Positions 39,196-48,490 of a stretch of DNA of 64,000 nt are shown piece by piece (position 1 is the first letter of the stretch; every line of letters begins with the position of its first letter). The notes under the pieces are model-generated. The model was not told the origin of the DNA, did not search any database, and worked only from the letters and a program-made list of their open reading frames with translations. The position numbers and the translations under genes are program-made. The DNA comes from Spirochaetia bacterium (lineage in GTDB: Bacteria; Spirochaetota; Spirochaetia; SZUA-6; Bin103). The stretch covers positions 4,064,001 to 4,128,000 of the forward strand of contig OZ241863.1 of the NCBI GenBank assembly GCA_965203055.1, written 5' to 3'.

Positions 39196-40575
39196 ATGAG
39201 CGAACTGAAGCGCCCGCATATCGTAGTGATCGCCGCGGACACGCTGCGCCCGGCCTACCTCGGCTGCTACGGCAACTCCGCCATGCACACCCCGAATCTC
39301 GACCGGCTGGCGGCGCAGTCGATCCGCTTTACCCGCGCCTACCCGGAGGCGCTGCCGACCATTCCGACGCGGCGCACCGTGCACGGAGGGCGGCGCGTGT
39401 ACCCGTTCGCCGACTACCGGCCGGTGCCCTGGGACAACGTCTACCTGCCCGGCTGGCAGCCCCTGGCGGCCGCGGAGCCGACCGTCGCCGAGGCCCTCGC
39501 CGCGGCCGGCTATCACACCGGCTTCGTCTCCGACGTCCCGCACTACTTCGTGCCGGGGATGAACTTCACCCGCGGCTTCCACCAGTGGCAGTTCGTACGC
39601 GGCCAGGCCGAAGATCGGTTCGGCGCCGAGGCCGCGGCCGACCCCGCGCTGCTGCCGCGCTACCGGGCGCGGACCGCGCGCCGCCACCTCGTCAACGTGC
39701 GCCCGCAGGCGCCGGAGGAGCAGTGGCCCACCGCGCGCACGTTCCGCTGGGCGCAGCAATTCCTGGAGCAGAACGCAGGCGGCGGCCAACCGCTCTACCT
39801 GTACGTCGACAGCTTCACCCCGCACGAAACATGGGAGGCGCCGCTGCACTACTACGACCGGTACGGCAGCCGCGCCGAACGCGAGCCGGTCTGGCTCTCC
39901 CTGCCCTACGGGCCGCTGGCGCAGGTACCGGAACTGGAGCCCCAACTGCCGAGCGTGCGCGCCAACTACGCCGGCCTCGTCACCATGGTGGATCATTGGT
40001 GCGGCCTGCTGCTGGACACCATCGAGCGGCTGGGAATGAGCGACCGGACGCTGGTGCTGTTCTTCAGCGACCACGGCACCAACTTCGCCGACAACCCGGA
40101 ACGGATCGTCGGCAAGCCCGCCGGCTGGATGTATCCCGGCACCATGCACGTCCCGCTGCTGCTGCGCCTGCCCGCCGGACGCGGCGCCGGCACCGAGTGC
40201 GGGCGGCTGGCCTCCACGATCGACATTCCCGCGACGGTAGCCGACGCGGCCGGACTGGAAGGATTGCCGCTGGACGGGACCAGTCTCAGCGCTGCCGCGG
40301 GCGCCGCCTACCCGGGTTACGACTACCTGACCTGCCGCTACGGCAACTTCGTCTGGTACCGCGACCGGCGCACCTGGTTCTTCAGCAGCCTGGAGTTCAC
40401 CGCGCCGCGGCTGTTCGATCTCGAAGCGGACCCGGAGTGCCAGGTCAACGTCGCCGCCAAGTTGCCCGACCGCGTGCGCGAGGCCCGCGCGCGCATCCTG
40501 GACGACGCCGGCGGCCGGTTGCTCCGCCACGACCCGCCGGCCGCCACCGATGCCATCGGCCGCCGGACCGGCTGA
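39196..40575 (+). CDS. Sulfatase-like hydrolase (alkaline phosphatase superfamily) with Thr at the nucleophile position
   Basis: AADTLR, TPNLDRLA, PTIPTRR, DSFTPHE, FSDHG, RLFDLEADP. Confidence 0.85.
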   Translation: MSELKRPHIVVIAADTLRPAYLGCYGNSAMHTPNLDRLAAQSIRFTRAYPEALPTIPTRRTVHGGRRVYPFADYRPVPWDNVYLPGWQPLAAAEPTVAEALAAAGYHTGFVSDVPHYFVPGMNFTRGFHQWQFVRGQAEDRFGAEAAADPALLPRYRARTARRHLVNVRPQAPEEQWPTARTFRWAQQFLEQNAGGGQPLYLYVDSFTPHETWEAPLHYYDRYGSRAEREPVWLSLPYGPLAQVPELEPQLPSVRANYAGLVTMVDHWCGLLLDTIERLGMSDRTLVLFFSDHGTNFADNPERIVGKPAGWMYPGTMHVPLLLRLPAGRGAGTECGRLASTIDIPATVADAAGLEGLPLDGTSLSAAAGAAYPGYDYLTCRYGNFVWYRDRRTWFFSSLEFTAPRLFDLEADPECQVNVAAKLPDRVREARARILDDAGGRLLRHDPPAATDAIGRRTG

Positions 40576-40724
40576 CGCTCCCGCACCGAACGCTAGCCGT
40601 ACCGCGGCAGCTTGCTAAGCTAAGGTGTGCGGCAGGCAGGTTTGGGATTGGAGATGATCGGAGATGATCCTGTCCTATACGAGGGGATACTGTAAGCTGT
40701 ACGCTCATGTGTTAGGGGGCAGCC

Positions 40725-41246
40725 ATGAAGTCTGCGGGATGGAATAGGTGGGATGGGCCGGTAGGCAAGTTTGCCAAGGTACTCTTGATGGTAACCGGAT
40801 CATTCTTCATGTTGATTATCGTGATTTTCGTTTTGCCAATGATGAGGCAGACCCAGACGAATTCGGATGATTCAGCAACAGAGGAAACACAAGTTGTAGA
40901 GGATGATGAATACTGCCAAGTGATTATCGCCAAGGACACGGACAGCATGGTAGCAGCTCAGGCGTTCTGCTTGATGCTGGTGCCTGCTATAGAGGCCGGA
41001 TTCATGATTGAGGGACTGGGCGCCGGCGGTCCGTTGCTGGACATCCGTGTCGGAAAGGACGTTGCCGACGGATTTCTGGCCGACAAACTCATGGGGAAAC
41101 AGATAGTACTGGACTGGATGAAGGCCTGGAAGAGCTTGGGGGAGTGGAGTTCGGTAGTCGTTACAATATACTGGAAAGATGTGAAGATCGTGGAGGGTGA
41201 TACGACCGTTCTGAACGGCGACGTAGTGACATACTTTGACAATTAA
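40725..41246 (+). CDS. Hypothetical single-pass membrane protein (low-GC insert)
   Basis: 173-aa ORF with N-terminal TM (LLMVTGSFFMLIIVIFVLP), GGGGG RBS-like upstream, AT-richer codons. Confidence 0.7.
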   Translation: MKSAGWNRWDGPVGKFAKVLLMVTGSFFMLIIVIFVLPMMRQTQTNSDDSATEETQVVEDDEYCQVIIAKDTDSMVAAQAFCLMLVPAIEAGFMIEGLGAGGPLLDIRVGKDVADGFLADKLMGKQIVLDWMKAWKSLGEWSSVVVTIYWKDVKIVEGDTTVLNGDVVTYFDN

Positions 41247-41315
41247 GAAGGTTGCGAGTGCCAGGTTAGGCGGGTATCGCCGCCGAACCAGCTGACGATC
41301 TCCCGCCACCGAACG

Positions 41316-42212
41316 CTATTGATCAATCACGTCCTGGGCCATTTGTATAAAGGCGATGCCTTTATGGTTCTCGATCAGTTTGAATGCTGGGGTAGAGCCA
41401 AGTGTATGAATGCAGGAATGGTGAAGAGAAAGCACTGCTTGCTGCAGCTTGGGGTCATCTTCTAGCATATCTACTTTTAACCCTATCTTTCTGCAATACT
41501 CGGCAGATAAATGACGAGAATGTGTTTTCGTAACCGAATGATCTGCAAGTTCTTCGACTATCTTGCAGACTGTTGAGCACTCATCCTTTGCGCCGTTGAA
41601 CATGCCCCTCAAGAGCCAATCCCGTGTCATCTCTTTGCACCACGCAATGGCCTTCTCGCATTCACCGATCAACGTAGGGTTGTACTTGGCAATAATCAGT
41701 TGCCACAATGGCGTGGTGGAGTGATCCTTCTGTATTTCCTTCTTGGCTCGACAAAACTCTTCAAGAATACCATGCGCGGGTATGCCATAGATCTGAGGAT
41801 CTATCGGGCCCAAACTTGAGTGCTTGCCCATGATGATCTTTCTGCAGGCACATGCGACCATCGTGCCGGCTGACATTGCAAGCTGAGGGACGATGGCACG
41901 GATATCGGTGAACATCGAATGAAGATAGTCGACCAATGACTCCGTCGCCGCCGTATCGCCACCCGGGGTGTGGAGCACTAGATCCAGACCTTTACGTCGG
42001 TCAAGCTGGTAGATTACCGACATGAACCCGTTCTTGTCGGCGTCGTTGATCCCCACCCCGGGCAAGTTCGGCTTTTGCAGCCATCCGGAATAGTAAACGA
42101 TTGCGTTGCGCCCAGTACGTCTGTGTAGGGCACTCAAGTAACGCCGGCGGACGACGTCGTGGGCGTTATCGGTAGCTTTGATCTCGTTGAGGATCTCGTT
42201 CCAGTTTGGCAT
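41316..42212 (-). CDS. SDH-type Clp-fold (S49-like) serine protease
   Basis: LDLVLHTPGG, VPQLAMSAGT (Ser), SSLGPIDPQ (Asp), KTHSRH (His). Confidence 0.88.
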   Translation of the reverse strand: MPNWNEILNEIKATDNAHDVVRRRYLSALHRRTGRNAIVYYSGWLQKPNLPGVGINDADKNGFMSVIYQLDRRKGLDLVLHTPGGDTAATESLVDYLHSMFTDIRAIVPQLAMSAGTMVACACRKIIMGKHSSLGPIDPQIYGIPAHGILEEFCRAKKEIQKDHSTTPLWQLIIAKYNPTLIGECEKAIAWCKEMTRDWLLRGMFNGAKDECSTVCKIVEELADHSVTKTHSRHLSAEYCRKIGLKVDMLEDDPKLQQAVLSLHHSCIHTLGSTPAFKLIENHKGIAFIQMAQDVIDQ

Positions 42213-42375
42213 GGCCCCCGCCGTTCGCCTTTGAGGTGGACTCTGCAGAGAAGAAAACAATCCGGCGACGGTCTGTGGCCGGGGCATCAACCGGTATCAT
42301 GTTCGGTGCTACCGGTCCCGGAGCAACGGGGAGCTTGAGTAACTCGAATACCCGCTCGATTTCTCGCTGGCTCAT
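42166..42375 (-). CDS. Small 69-aa protein overlapping the protease start
   Basis: GGAGG RBS before the ATG at 42375; MSQREIERVFELLKLP…. Confidence 0.5.
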   Translation of the reverse strand: MSQREIERVFELLKLPVAPGPVAPNMIPVDAPATDRRRIVFFSAESTSKANGGGHAKLERDPQRDQSYR

Positions 42376-42429
42376 GGCGTCCTCCAAACTACGATGATGA
42401 ATCAAGATACCCCAGGCTGGTTCTCGTGT

Positions 42430-43335
42430 CTACCAATTGGGGCCGTCGGGCGTGGGGAGTCCGAGGGCGCGCGCTGCCCATGGCAGGGCGGTGCGAAGCT
42501 GTTGGGCTTGCACTTTGCGCACCCGCGGCGCGGTGGGGATTGGGGGCTTGCCGGCGTGTTCGGCGAAGTAACCGCTGATTACGGCCGCCAACGGCCCGCC
42601 GTGCGGCAGGATCTCCTCCGGCGCCGGGCCGCCTTCGGCGTGCAGGCTCGGCAACCAGCAGGCGATATCGACGTCGGGTGCGGCGAGCACGGCGTGGTTC
42701 CAGTCCACCAGCAGCGCCTGCCCGCCGCGGAAGCAGAGGTTGTCGCTGCGTACGTCCATGTGGGTGGGATACGGCCCGTCGAGCTGCGCGCCCTCCGCGG
42801 CGGCAATGAGCGCGCCGGCGCTGCCGCGCAGCCAGCGCTTCGAAGCCAAGCCCAGGGCCAGAAACTCCGCCGGCGCCGCCGCCGCCCTCCGCCAGCTTCC
42901 GGCCAGTTCGGGATTTGTGGCGCTCAGCGGCGGCAGCGCCCCACCCGGGTCGGCGGCGCGGAGCCGGGCCAGCGCCGCGAGCACCTGATCGATGCCGGCG
43001 GCGTCCCAGGGCGGCGGCCAGCGGCAATCACTCAAGTCCTCCAGCAGCAACAGCGGTCGGGCGCCATCGTCCCAGCCGCGCGCGGCCGGCATGAAGTCAC
43101 GCCGCCCCAGGGCGGCGTATACCTTCCGTTCCGTCCGCAGCCAGCCGGCGGTCAACGGGTCGCCGCCGATCTTGGCGAACACCCGGCGCCCGTCCGCCAG
43201 CGTCACGCTCCAGCGCTCCGCCGGGGAGTATCCGCCAACCGCGCGCCGGAATCGGACCGCCGGCGCGCCCGCCAAGGCGTTGATGCGCGCAACGTCGGCG
43301 GCGGCAGGCTGATCCGAGGAGCCAATGCCACGCAT
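42430..43335 (-). CDS. Aminoglycoside-phosphotransferase/choline-kinase-like protein
   Basis: VFAK, LLLLEDL, HMDVRSDN, LLVDWN. Confidence 0.85.
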   Translation of the reverse strand: MRGIGSSDQPAAADVARINALAGAPAVRFRRAVGGYSPAERWSVTLADGRRVFAKIGGDPLTAGWLRTERKVYAALGRRDFMPAARGWDDGARPLLLLEDLSDCRWPPPWDAAGIDQVLAALARLRAADPGGALPPLSATNPELAGSWRRAAAAPAEFLALGLASKRWLRGSAGALIAAAEGAQLDGPYPTHMDVRSDNLCFRGGQALLVDWNHAVLAAPDVDIACWLPSLHAEGGPAPEEILPHGGPLAAVISGYFAEHAGKPPIPTAPRVRKVQAQQLRTALPWAARALGLPTPDGPNW

Positions 43336-43478
43336 GGCGCAGGGTTATACCGGGGCCGGATGGACGGAAGCAACATGCAAAAGCACGGCGGACGAGACGC
43401 CGTTGGTAACGAACAAATGCATGACTCCGTTTCCACCCGGCCCGCGCCGCGGGCCCGGCGCGCGCGGGCGGCGGTTCG

Positions 43479-44219
43479 ATGAGCGAGACCGCGGCGCCGC
43501 CGGGAACGCCGCCGCCCTGCACGACCACCATCCGCGACCTGCCGAACGCGGAACGGCCGCGGGAGCGTCTGCTGGCCCTCGGCGCCGGCGCGCTCACCAA
43601 TTCCGAGCTGATCGCGATTCTGCTGCGCACCGGAATGCGCGGCGAGAACGTGCTCACCCTCGCGTCCCGGCTGCTGGCCGCCAGCTCCGGGCTGCACGGC
43701 CTGCTGCAGGCGTCGGCGGCCGAGCTGTGCGCCCTCAAGGGGATCAGCAAGGCAAAGGCCGCGCAGCTTCTCGCCGCGCTGGAACTGGGGCGGCGGGCGG
43801 TCAGCCTGGTGCCCGAGGAACGCGCGGTGATCCGTTCGCCCGATGACATCTACCACCTGATCGGCGCGGAACTGGCGCACCTGCCGCAGGAGAAGCTGTG
43901 CGTCGTGCTGCTCTCCACCAAGCAGGAGGTACTGCGGGTCTGCGACGTGTACCTGGGAACGGTGAACACCGCCTCGGTACGGGTGGCGGAAGTGCTGCGG
44001 CCGGCGATCAAGGAAAACTGCCCCAACTTCATCATGGCGCACAACCATCCGTCGGGAGACCCCACTCCCAGCCCGGAAGACATCCGCATTACGCGCCGAC
44101 TGGTGGCGAGCGCCGCCGCCATGGACATCGAGCTGCAGGATCACCTGGTGGTCGGCGCGCGCGGCTACGTCAGCATGAAGCAGCGCTGCCTGGGCTTCGA
44201 CGACTCGCCCGGCGGCTGA
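43479..44219 (+). CDS. radC: RadC (JAB/MPN domain) protein
   Basis: ERPRERL, ELIAILLRTG, AHNHPSGDPTPSPED, DHLVV. Confidence 0.95.
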   Translation: MSETAAPPGTPPPCTTTIRDLPNAERPRERLLALGAGALTNSELIAILLRTGMRGENVLTLASRLLAASSGLHGLLQASAAELCALKGISKAKAAQLLAALELGRRAVSLVPEERAVIRSPDDIYHLIGAELAHLPQEKLCVVLLSTKQEVLRVCDVYLGTVNTASVRVAEVLRPAIKENCPNFIMAHNHPSGDPTPSPEDIRITRRLVASAAAMDIELQDHLVVGARGYVSMKQRCLGFDDSPGG

Positions 44220-44250
44220 GCCGAGCGCCGCCGGCGGCGGCCATCACCCG

Positions 44251-44799
44251 TCACAGGTCGAGCTCGGCCGCCAGTTGCGCCGCGGCCTCGCGCATGAACA
44301 CGATCTTCGGTTCGGCCATGGCGCGGGCGCGGGCGAAGTGGAAGGTGTCGGCGTAGCTGAGCCGCTCCCGGATCAGCTCCAGCACCTCCTGCATGGTCTT
44401 GTAGTGATGCCAGAAGAAGGCGCCGATCGCGAGCCGCGCGAACCCGATCGCCCCCATGGTGTCGAGCAGGTTGGCGTCGTACAGCAGTTGGCCTTCCACC
44501 GTAGCGGGCCGGCTGCCCGGGCGGTGCTGGCGAATCGCCTGGATCACTAACTGGGTACGCTCCGGCGGGAAGCCGGTTTCCGCCAGGATCAGCTCCGCCT
44601 TTTCCGCCGCCTCGGCCAGCCGCCGCGCCGGGATCTCGATGTTATGCAGAAAGCAGGCGGCATGCAGGACGTCGTCGTCGTACTGCTCATCCGCGCCGAT
44701 CTCCCGCGCCAGGTGGTAGACCCGGTAGGCATGCTCGAACCCGGACGCCAGCCGGCCCGCGGTCAGGTCCTTTACGTACTGGACAATCAACTTGCGCAC
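44251..44799 (-). CDS. HD-domain-like protein with substituted metal ligands
   Basis: EHAYRV, ACFLHNI (HD->HN), LYDANLLDTMGAIG. Confidence 0.75.
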   Translation of the reverse strand: MRKLIVQYVKDLTAGRLASGFEHAYRVYHLAREIGADEQYDDDVLHAACFLHNIEIPARRLAEAAEKAELILAETGFPPERTQLVIQAIRQHRPGSRPATVEGQLLYDANLLDTMGAIGFARLAIGAFFWHHYKTMQEVLELIRERLSYADTFHFARARAMAEPKIVFMREAAAQLAAELDL

Positions 44800-44827
44800 C
44801 GGTGCAGTGTAACGTCCGGCGGGCATC

Positions 44828-44857
44828 TTGACACGCTAAATCCGCAATCCCTAGGGT
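44828..44857 (+). promoter_or_regulatory. Putative sigma70 promoter for aroF-pheA, probably leaderless
   Basis: TTGACA-18 nt-TAGGGT, ATG 5 nt downstream, no Shine-Dalgarno. Confidence 0.5.
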
Positions 44858-44862
44858 CAGCC

Positions 44863-46761
44863 ATGGTTGTCGTCCTCGACCGCGGCGTCACCGAAAGCCA
44901 GAAGCGCTCGGTGCGCGAACATCTCGCGGCGCATCGCTACCAGATCCGCGAGTTGCGCCAGGACGGCGAGACGCTCCTCGGAGCGGTGGGCGGCGACCCG
45001 CTCGATCAGCGCGAGGTGGAGCTGCTGCCCGGAGTTTCCCAGGTCGTTCCTCTCAGCCAGCCCTACAAGCTCGCCTCGCGTGAGTTCAAGCGCGAGGAGA
45101 CCGTGATCCCGGTCGGACCGGTCAAGGTGGGAAGTGGCCGCCTGGCGGTAATCGCCGGCCCCTGCGCGGTGGAATCGCGCGACCAGATATTCGAAGTGGC
45201 GGCCATGCTCAAGGAGTCGGGGGCGGTGGGGCTGCGCGGCGGGGCCTTCAAGCCGCGCACGTCTCCCTACTCGTTTCAGGGTCTGGGCCAGCCGGGGATC
45301 GAGCTGCTGAAGCAGGCCGGCGAGCGTTACGGGTTGCCGGTCGTTTCGGAGGTGGTAGCGACCGAGCATCTGGCGGCCGCGGCCGAGTGCCTGGACGTGC
45401 TCCAGGTGGGCGCGCGCAACATGCAGAACTTCGAGCTCCTCAAGCGGGTCGGAGAGATCGGCAAGCCGGTGCTGCTCAAGCGCGGTCTGGCGGCCACCAT
45501 CGAAGACCTCCTGATGTCCGCCGAATACCTGCTGGCGCACGGCACCGACGCGGTGATTCTGTGCGAGCGCGGCATTCGCACCTTCGAGACCTATACCCGC
45601 AACACTCTCGATCTGTCCGCCATCCCGGTGGTCAAGAAGCTCTGTCACCTGCCGATCTTCGTCGATCCCAGCCACGGTACCGGCATGCGCGACAAGGTCG
45701 GGCCGATGGCCCTCGCCGCGGTGGCGGCCGGCGCCGACGGGATTCTGGTGGAAGTGCACCCCGATCCCGAAGCGGCGCTTTCGGACGGCCCCCAGTCGCT
45801 GTATCCCGCCCAGTTCGAGAAGCTGATGCGCGACGTGGAGCGGCTGGCGCCGGTGCTGCGCAAGGAAGTGCTGCGGCTGCCGCGCGCCGCACGCCGGCGC
45901 CGGGCGGCGGCGGCGGACCATGCCGCGGCGGTGACGGTGGCATTTCAGGGCGAACGCGGCGCCCACAGCGAGAACGCCATCTACCGCTACTTCTCCCACC
46001 CGCAGCCGGTGCCGGGCCGGGAGTTCAGGGACGTGTTCCGCAAGGTACTGGACGGTTCGGTGGATTACGGGCTGCTGCCGATCGAGAACTCGCTCACCGG
46101 TTCGATCCACCAGAACTACGACCTGTTGCTGCAGTTTCCCGACATCCGCATCGTAGGCGAGATTACGACCCGCATCGTGTGGTGCCTGATTGGCGTGCCG
46201 GGCGCCGCCACCGCCCGCATCCGCCGGGTGTACTCGCACCCGCAGGGGCTCGCCCAGTGCGCTCAGTTCCTGGCCGGCTTTCCCGAGTGGGAGGAGGTGG
46301 CGTTCTACGACACCGCCGGCGCCGTGGCCGAGGTGGCGCGCGCCGGCGACGCGGCCCAGGCCGCGCTGGCCGGGGCGTCGGCCGCGCGCGAGCACGGCAT
46401 GACGATACTGGCGGAAGGAATCGAAACCAACAGCCGGAACTACACCCGCTTCGTGATCCTGGCGCGCGACGACCACGCCGCGGCGCCCGATCCTACGCGC
46501 GCCTCGATCGTGTTCTCCACCCGCGACGAGCCGGGCAGCCTGTTCCGGGTGCTGCAGGTGCTGGCCGACCACCATCTGAACATGAAGAAGCTGGAGTCGC
46601 GGCCGATTCCCGGCCGCCCCTGGGAGTACATGTTCTACGTCGATCTGGATCTGCCCGCCGAGCGCGGCCAGTTCGAGCGCGCCATGGAGCAGGTGCGCGC
46701 CGCCGCGGCCAGCTACCGCCTGCTCGGCAGATACCGCTCCGGGCCGCACCGCGCCGCCTGA
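44863..46761 (+). CDS. aroF: DAHP synthase (type I-beta) fused to prephenate dehydratase + ACT
   Basis: [36 protein letters not shown]; then [40 protein letters not shown]. Confidence 0.93.
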   Translation: MVVVLDRGVTESQKRSVREHLAAHRYQIRELRQDGETLLGAVGGDPLDQREVELLPGVSQVVPLSQPYKLASREFKREETVIPVGPVKVGSGRLAVIAGPCAVESRDQIFEVAAMLKESGAVGLRGGAFKPRTSPYSFQGLGQPGIELLKQAGERYGLPVVSEVVATEHLAAAAECLDVLQVGARNMQNFELLKRVGEIGKPVLLKRGLAATIEDLLMSAEYLLAHGTDAVILCERGIRTFETYTRNTLDLSAIPVVKKLCHLPIFVDPSHGTGMRDKVGPMALAAVAAGADGILVEVHPDPEAALSDGPQSLYPAQFEKLMRDVERLAPVLRKEVLRLPRAARRRRAAAADHAAAVTVAFQGERGAHSENAIYRYFSHPQPVPGREFRDVFRKVLDGSVDYGLLPIENSLTGSIHQNYDLLLQFPDIRIVGEITTRIVWCLIGVPGAATARIRRVYSHPQGLAQCAQFLAGFPEWEEVAFYDTAGAVAEVARAGDAAQAALAGASAAREHGMTILAEGIETNSRNYTRFVILARDDHAAAPDPTRASIVFSTRDEPGSLFRVLQVLADHHLNMKKLESRPIPGRPWEYMFYVDLDLPAERGQFERAMEQVRAAAASYRLLGRYRSGPHRAA

Positions 46762-46903
46762 TCTACCGCTTCCGCAACCGCCCGCACCCCTCCCCAGCCC
46801 CCTCCCCCTGGTGGCGGACGCACGGCGCCCGCACTGCCGGGAACGGACACGCCGGCGTCTCACTCGAAAAAGCGCCGCCGACAAACGGGTCGTTGTTGGC
46901 AGT

Positions 46904-47734
46904 ATGATGCGCAATCTACGAGTTCGGCCCGCCGCGCGGGCCATGGTTACGGCCCTGCTGGCCGGCGGCGCCGCGGCGCTGGCCGGGTGCAATCCCTGGC
47001 AGGAGCAACGGCTGGTGCAGCTCCCGCAGGTACCGCCGGCGTGGCGCCACTTCGAGGTGGCGCTGCAGCTCACGGTGGTGGATGGCCGCGATGGCCGCGA
47101 GCAGCGGCTGCCCGCCGCGGCGCGGCCCGGCGCCCGGGTGGCGCTGCCGGCAGGGCGTTACGCGGCAACGGCAATCATTGCCCAACCGCTGATCGTCGGA
47201 CCGGCGCCGGGCGCCGGCTCCGCCGGGCCGGCCGCGGACCCGGCGGCGGCCAGATTGCTGCGCCCGGCGGGGGCCGTGGTGGCGGTCGGCGACGCGCACT
47301 CGGAAGCGATCGAGGTCACCTGGGAGCGCGGCCTGCTGGCCAGCCTGGTGCGCGACCTGTGGCGCGGCGGCACCAATCCGTGGCTGCTCAACCTGGAGCG
47401 CCTGGATCGGGAGATTGCCGCGCGCGCGGCGGGCGACCCGTGGTCGCTGGACCGGGGCGCCATCCTTGCGGCGCTGGAAGCGGACGCGATGAGCCTCGCG
47501 GCGCTACGCCCGCTGCCGATGCGCAGCATCGGCCTCGAGCTTCCGGCCGGGCGCTGGGTATGGTGGAACCCCTTTGCGCCGCCCCTGCTGAGCGACGGAA
47601 GCACCCCGCTGGCCGCGCTCGCGCCCGACGGCTACCACCTGCTGCTCGGCGACGACGGCCAGGCGCTGGCGCTGCAGGTGGATGGCAACGGCGCCGTGCT
47701 GACCACGCCGGCGGCCCCCGGCTTCGCCCCGTGA
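46904..47734 (+). CDS. Hypothetical lipoprotein
   Basis: ALLAGGAAALAGC lipobox; protein-like composition; start uncertain. Confidence 0.7.
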   Translation: MMRNLRVRPAARAMVTALLAGGAAALAGCNPWQEQRLVQLPQVPPAWRHFEVALQLTVVDGRDGREQRLPAAARPGARVALPAGRYAATAIIAQPLIVGPAPGAGSAGPAADPAAARLLRPAGAVVAVGDAHSEAIEVTWERGLLASLVRDLWRGGTNPWLLNLERLDREIAARAAGDPWSLDRGAILAALEADAMSLAALRPLPMRSIGLELPAGRWVWWNPFAPPLLSDGSTPLAALAPDGYHLLLGDDGQALALQVDGNGAVLTTPAAPGFAP

Positions 47735-47769
47735 CGCGGGGCCGGCCCGGCGCATAAGATGGCTACCTC

Positions 47770-48459
47770 TTGCGCGCGCTCCGCTCGCCGCCGGCAGCGG
47801 CGGTGATCTTCGATCTGGACGGTACGCTGGTCGATTCACTGCCCGACTTGGCCGCGGCCATGAACGACACCCTGAGAGAGCTGGGCCATGCCGCCCATCC
47901 GGTGGCCTTCTACCGCCCGCTCGTCGGCGGCGGCATCGAGGAGATGATCGCCGGCGCCCTGCCGCCCGGTGGCCGCGGCCCGCGCCGGGTAGCGGCCGCG
48001 CACGCCCTGATGCGCGTCCACTACTGCGCGCACGCGCTGCGCACCACCCGCCCCTACCCGGGCATCCGCTGGCTGCTGGCGGAGCTGATGCGGCGCCGCG
48101 TGCCGCTGGCGGTGCTCTCCAACAAGCTGCACGAGGATACCCGGCGCGTGGTAGGCGGCGTCTTTCCGGGGGTGCCGTTCCGGGCGGTGCTGGGCCTGCA
48201 GCCGCCGCGCGCGGCGAAGCCCGACCCGGCCGGCGTGTTGGCCGCGGCGCGCCTGCTGCGCCTGCCCCCGCGGCAACTGCTGCTGGTGGGCGACGGCGAA
48301 ACCGACATGCTGGCCGCGCGCCGCAGCGGCGCGCGGCCGCTCGGCGTGACCTGGGGCTACCGCAGCGCCCGCGCGCTGCTCGCCGCCGGCGCCGCCCGCC
48401 TGCTGCCGCACCCGCGCGCGGTGCGCGACTACCTGGCGCAGTGCCGGCGCGCGCCGTAG
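47770..48459 (+). CDS. HAD phosphatase (phosphoglycolate-phosphatase-like)
   Basis: IFDLDGTLVDS, LSNK, KPDP, VGDGETD, GVTWGY. Confidence 0.88.
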   Translation: MRALRSPPAAAVIFDLDGTLVDSLPDLAAAMNDTLRELGHAAHPVAFYRPLVGGGIEEMIAGALPPGGRGPRRVAAAHALMRVHYCAHALRTTRPYPGIRWLLAELMRRRVPLAVLSNKLHEDTRRVVGGVFPGVPFRAVLGLQPPRAAKPDPAGVLAAARLLRLPPRQLLLVGDGETDMLAARRSGARPLGVTWGYRSARALLAAGAARLLPHPRAVRDYLAQCRRAP

Positions 48460-48490
48460 GCGCCGCGCAGCAGGCCGAGACGAGCCGCGG

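Noticed and set aside
43479..44219. RadC JAB domain as part of a CBASS or ubiquitin-like defence system
   Set aside because: Full-length canonical RadC with host-like GC and no cyclase or E1/E2 neighbours
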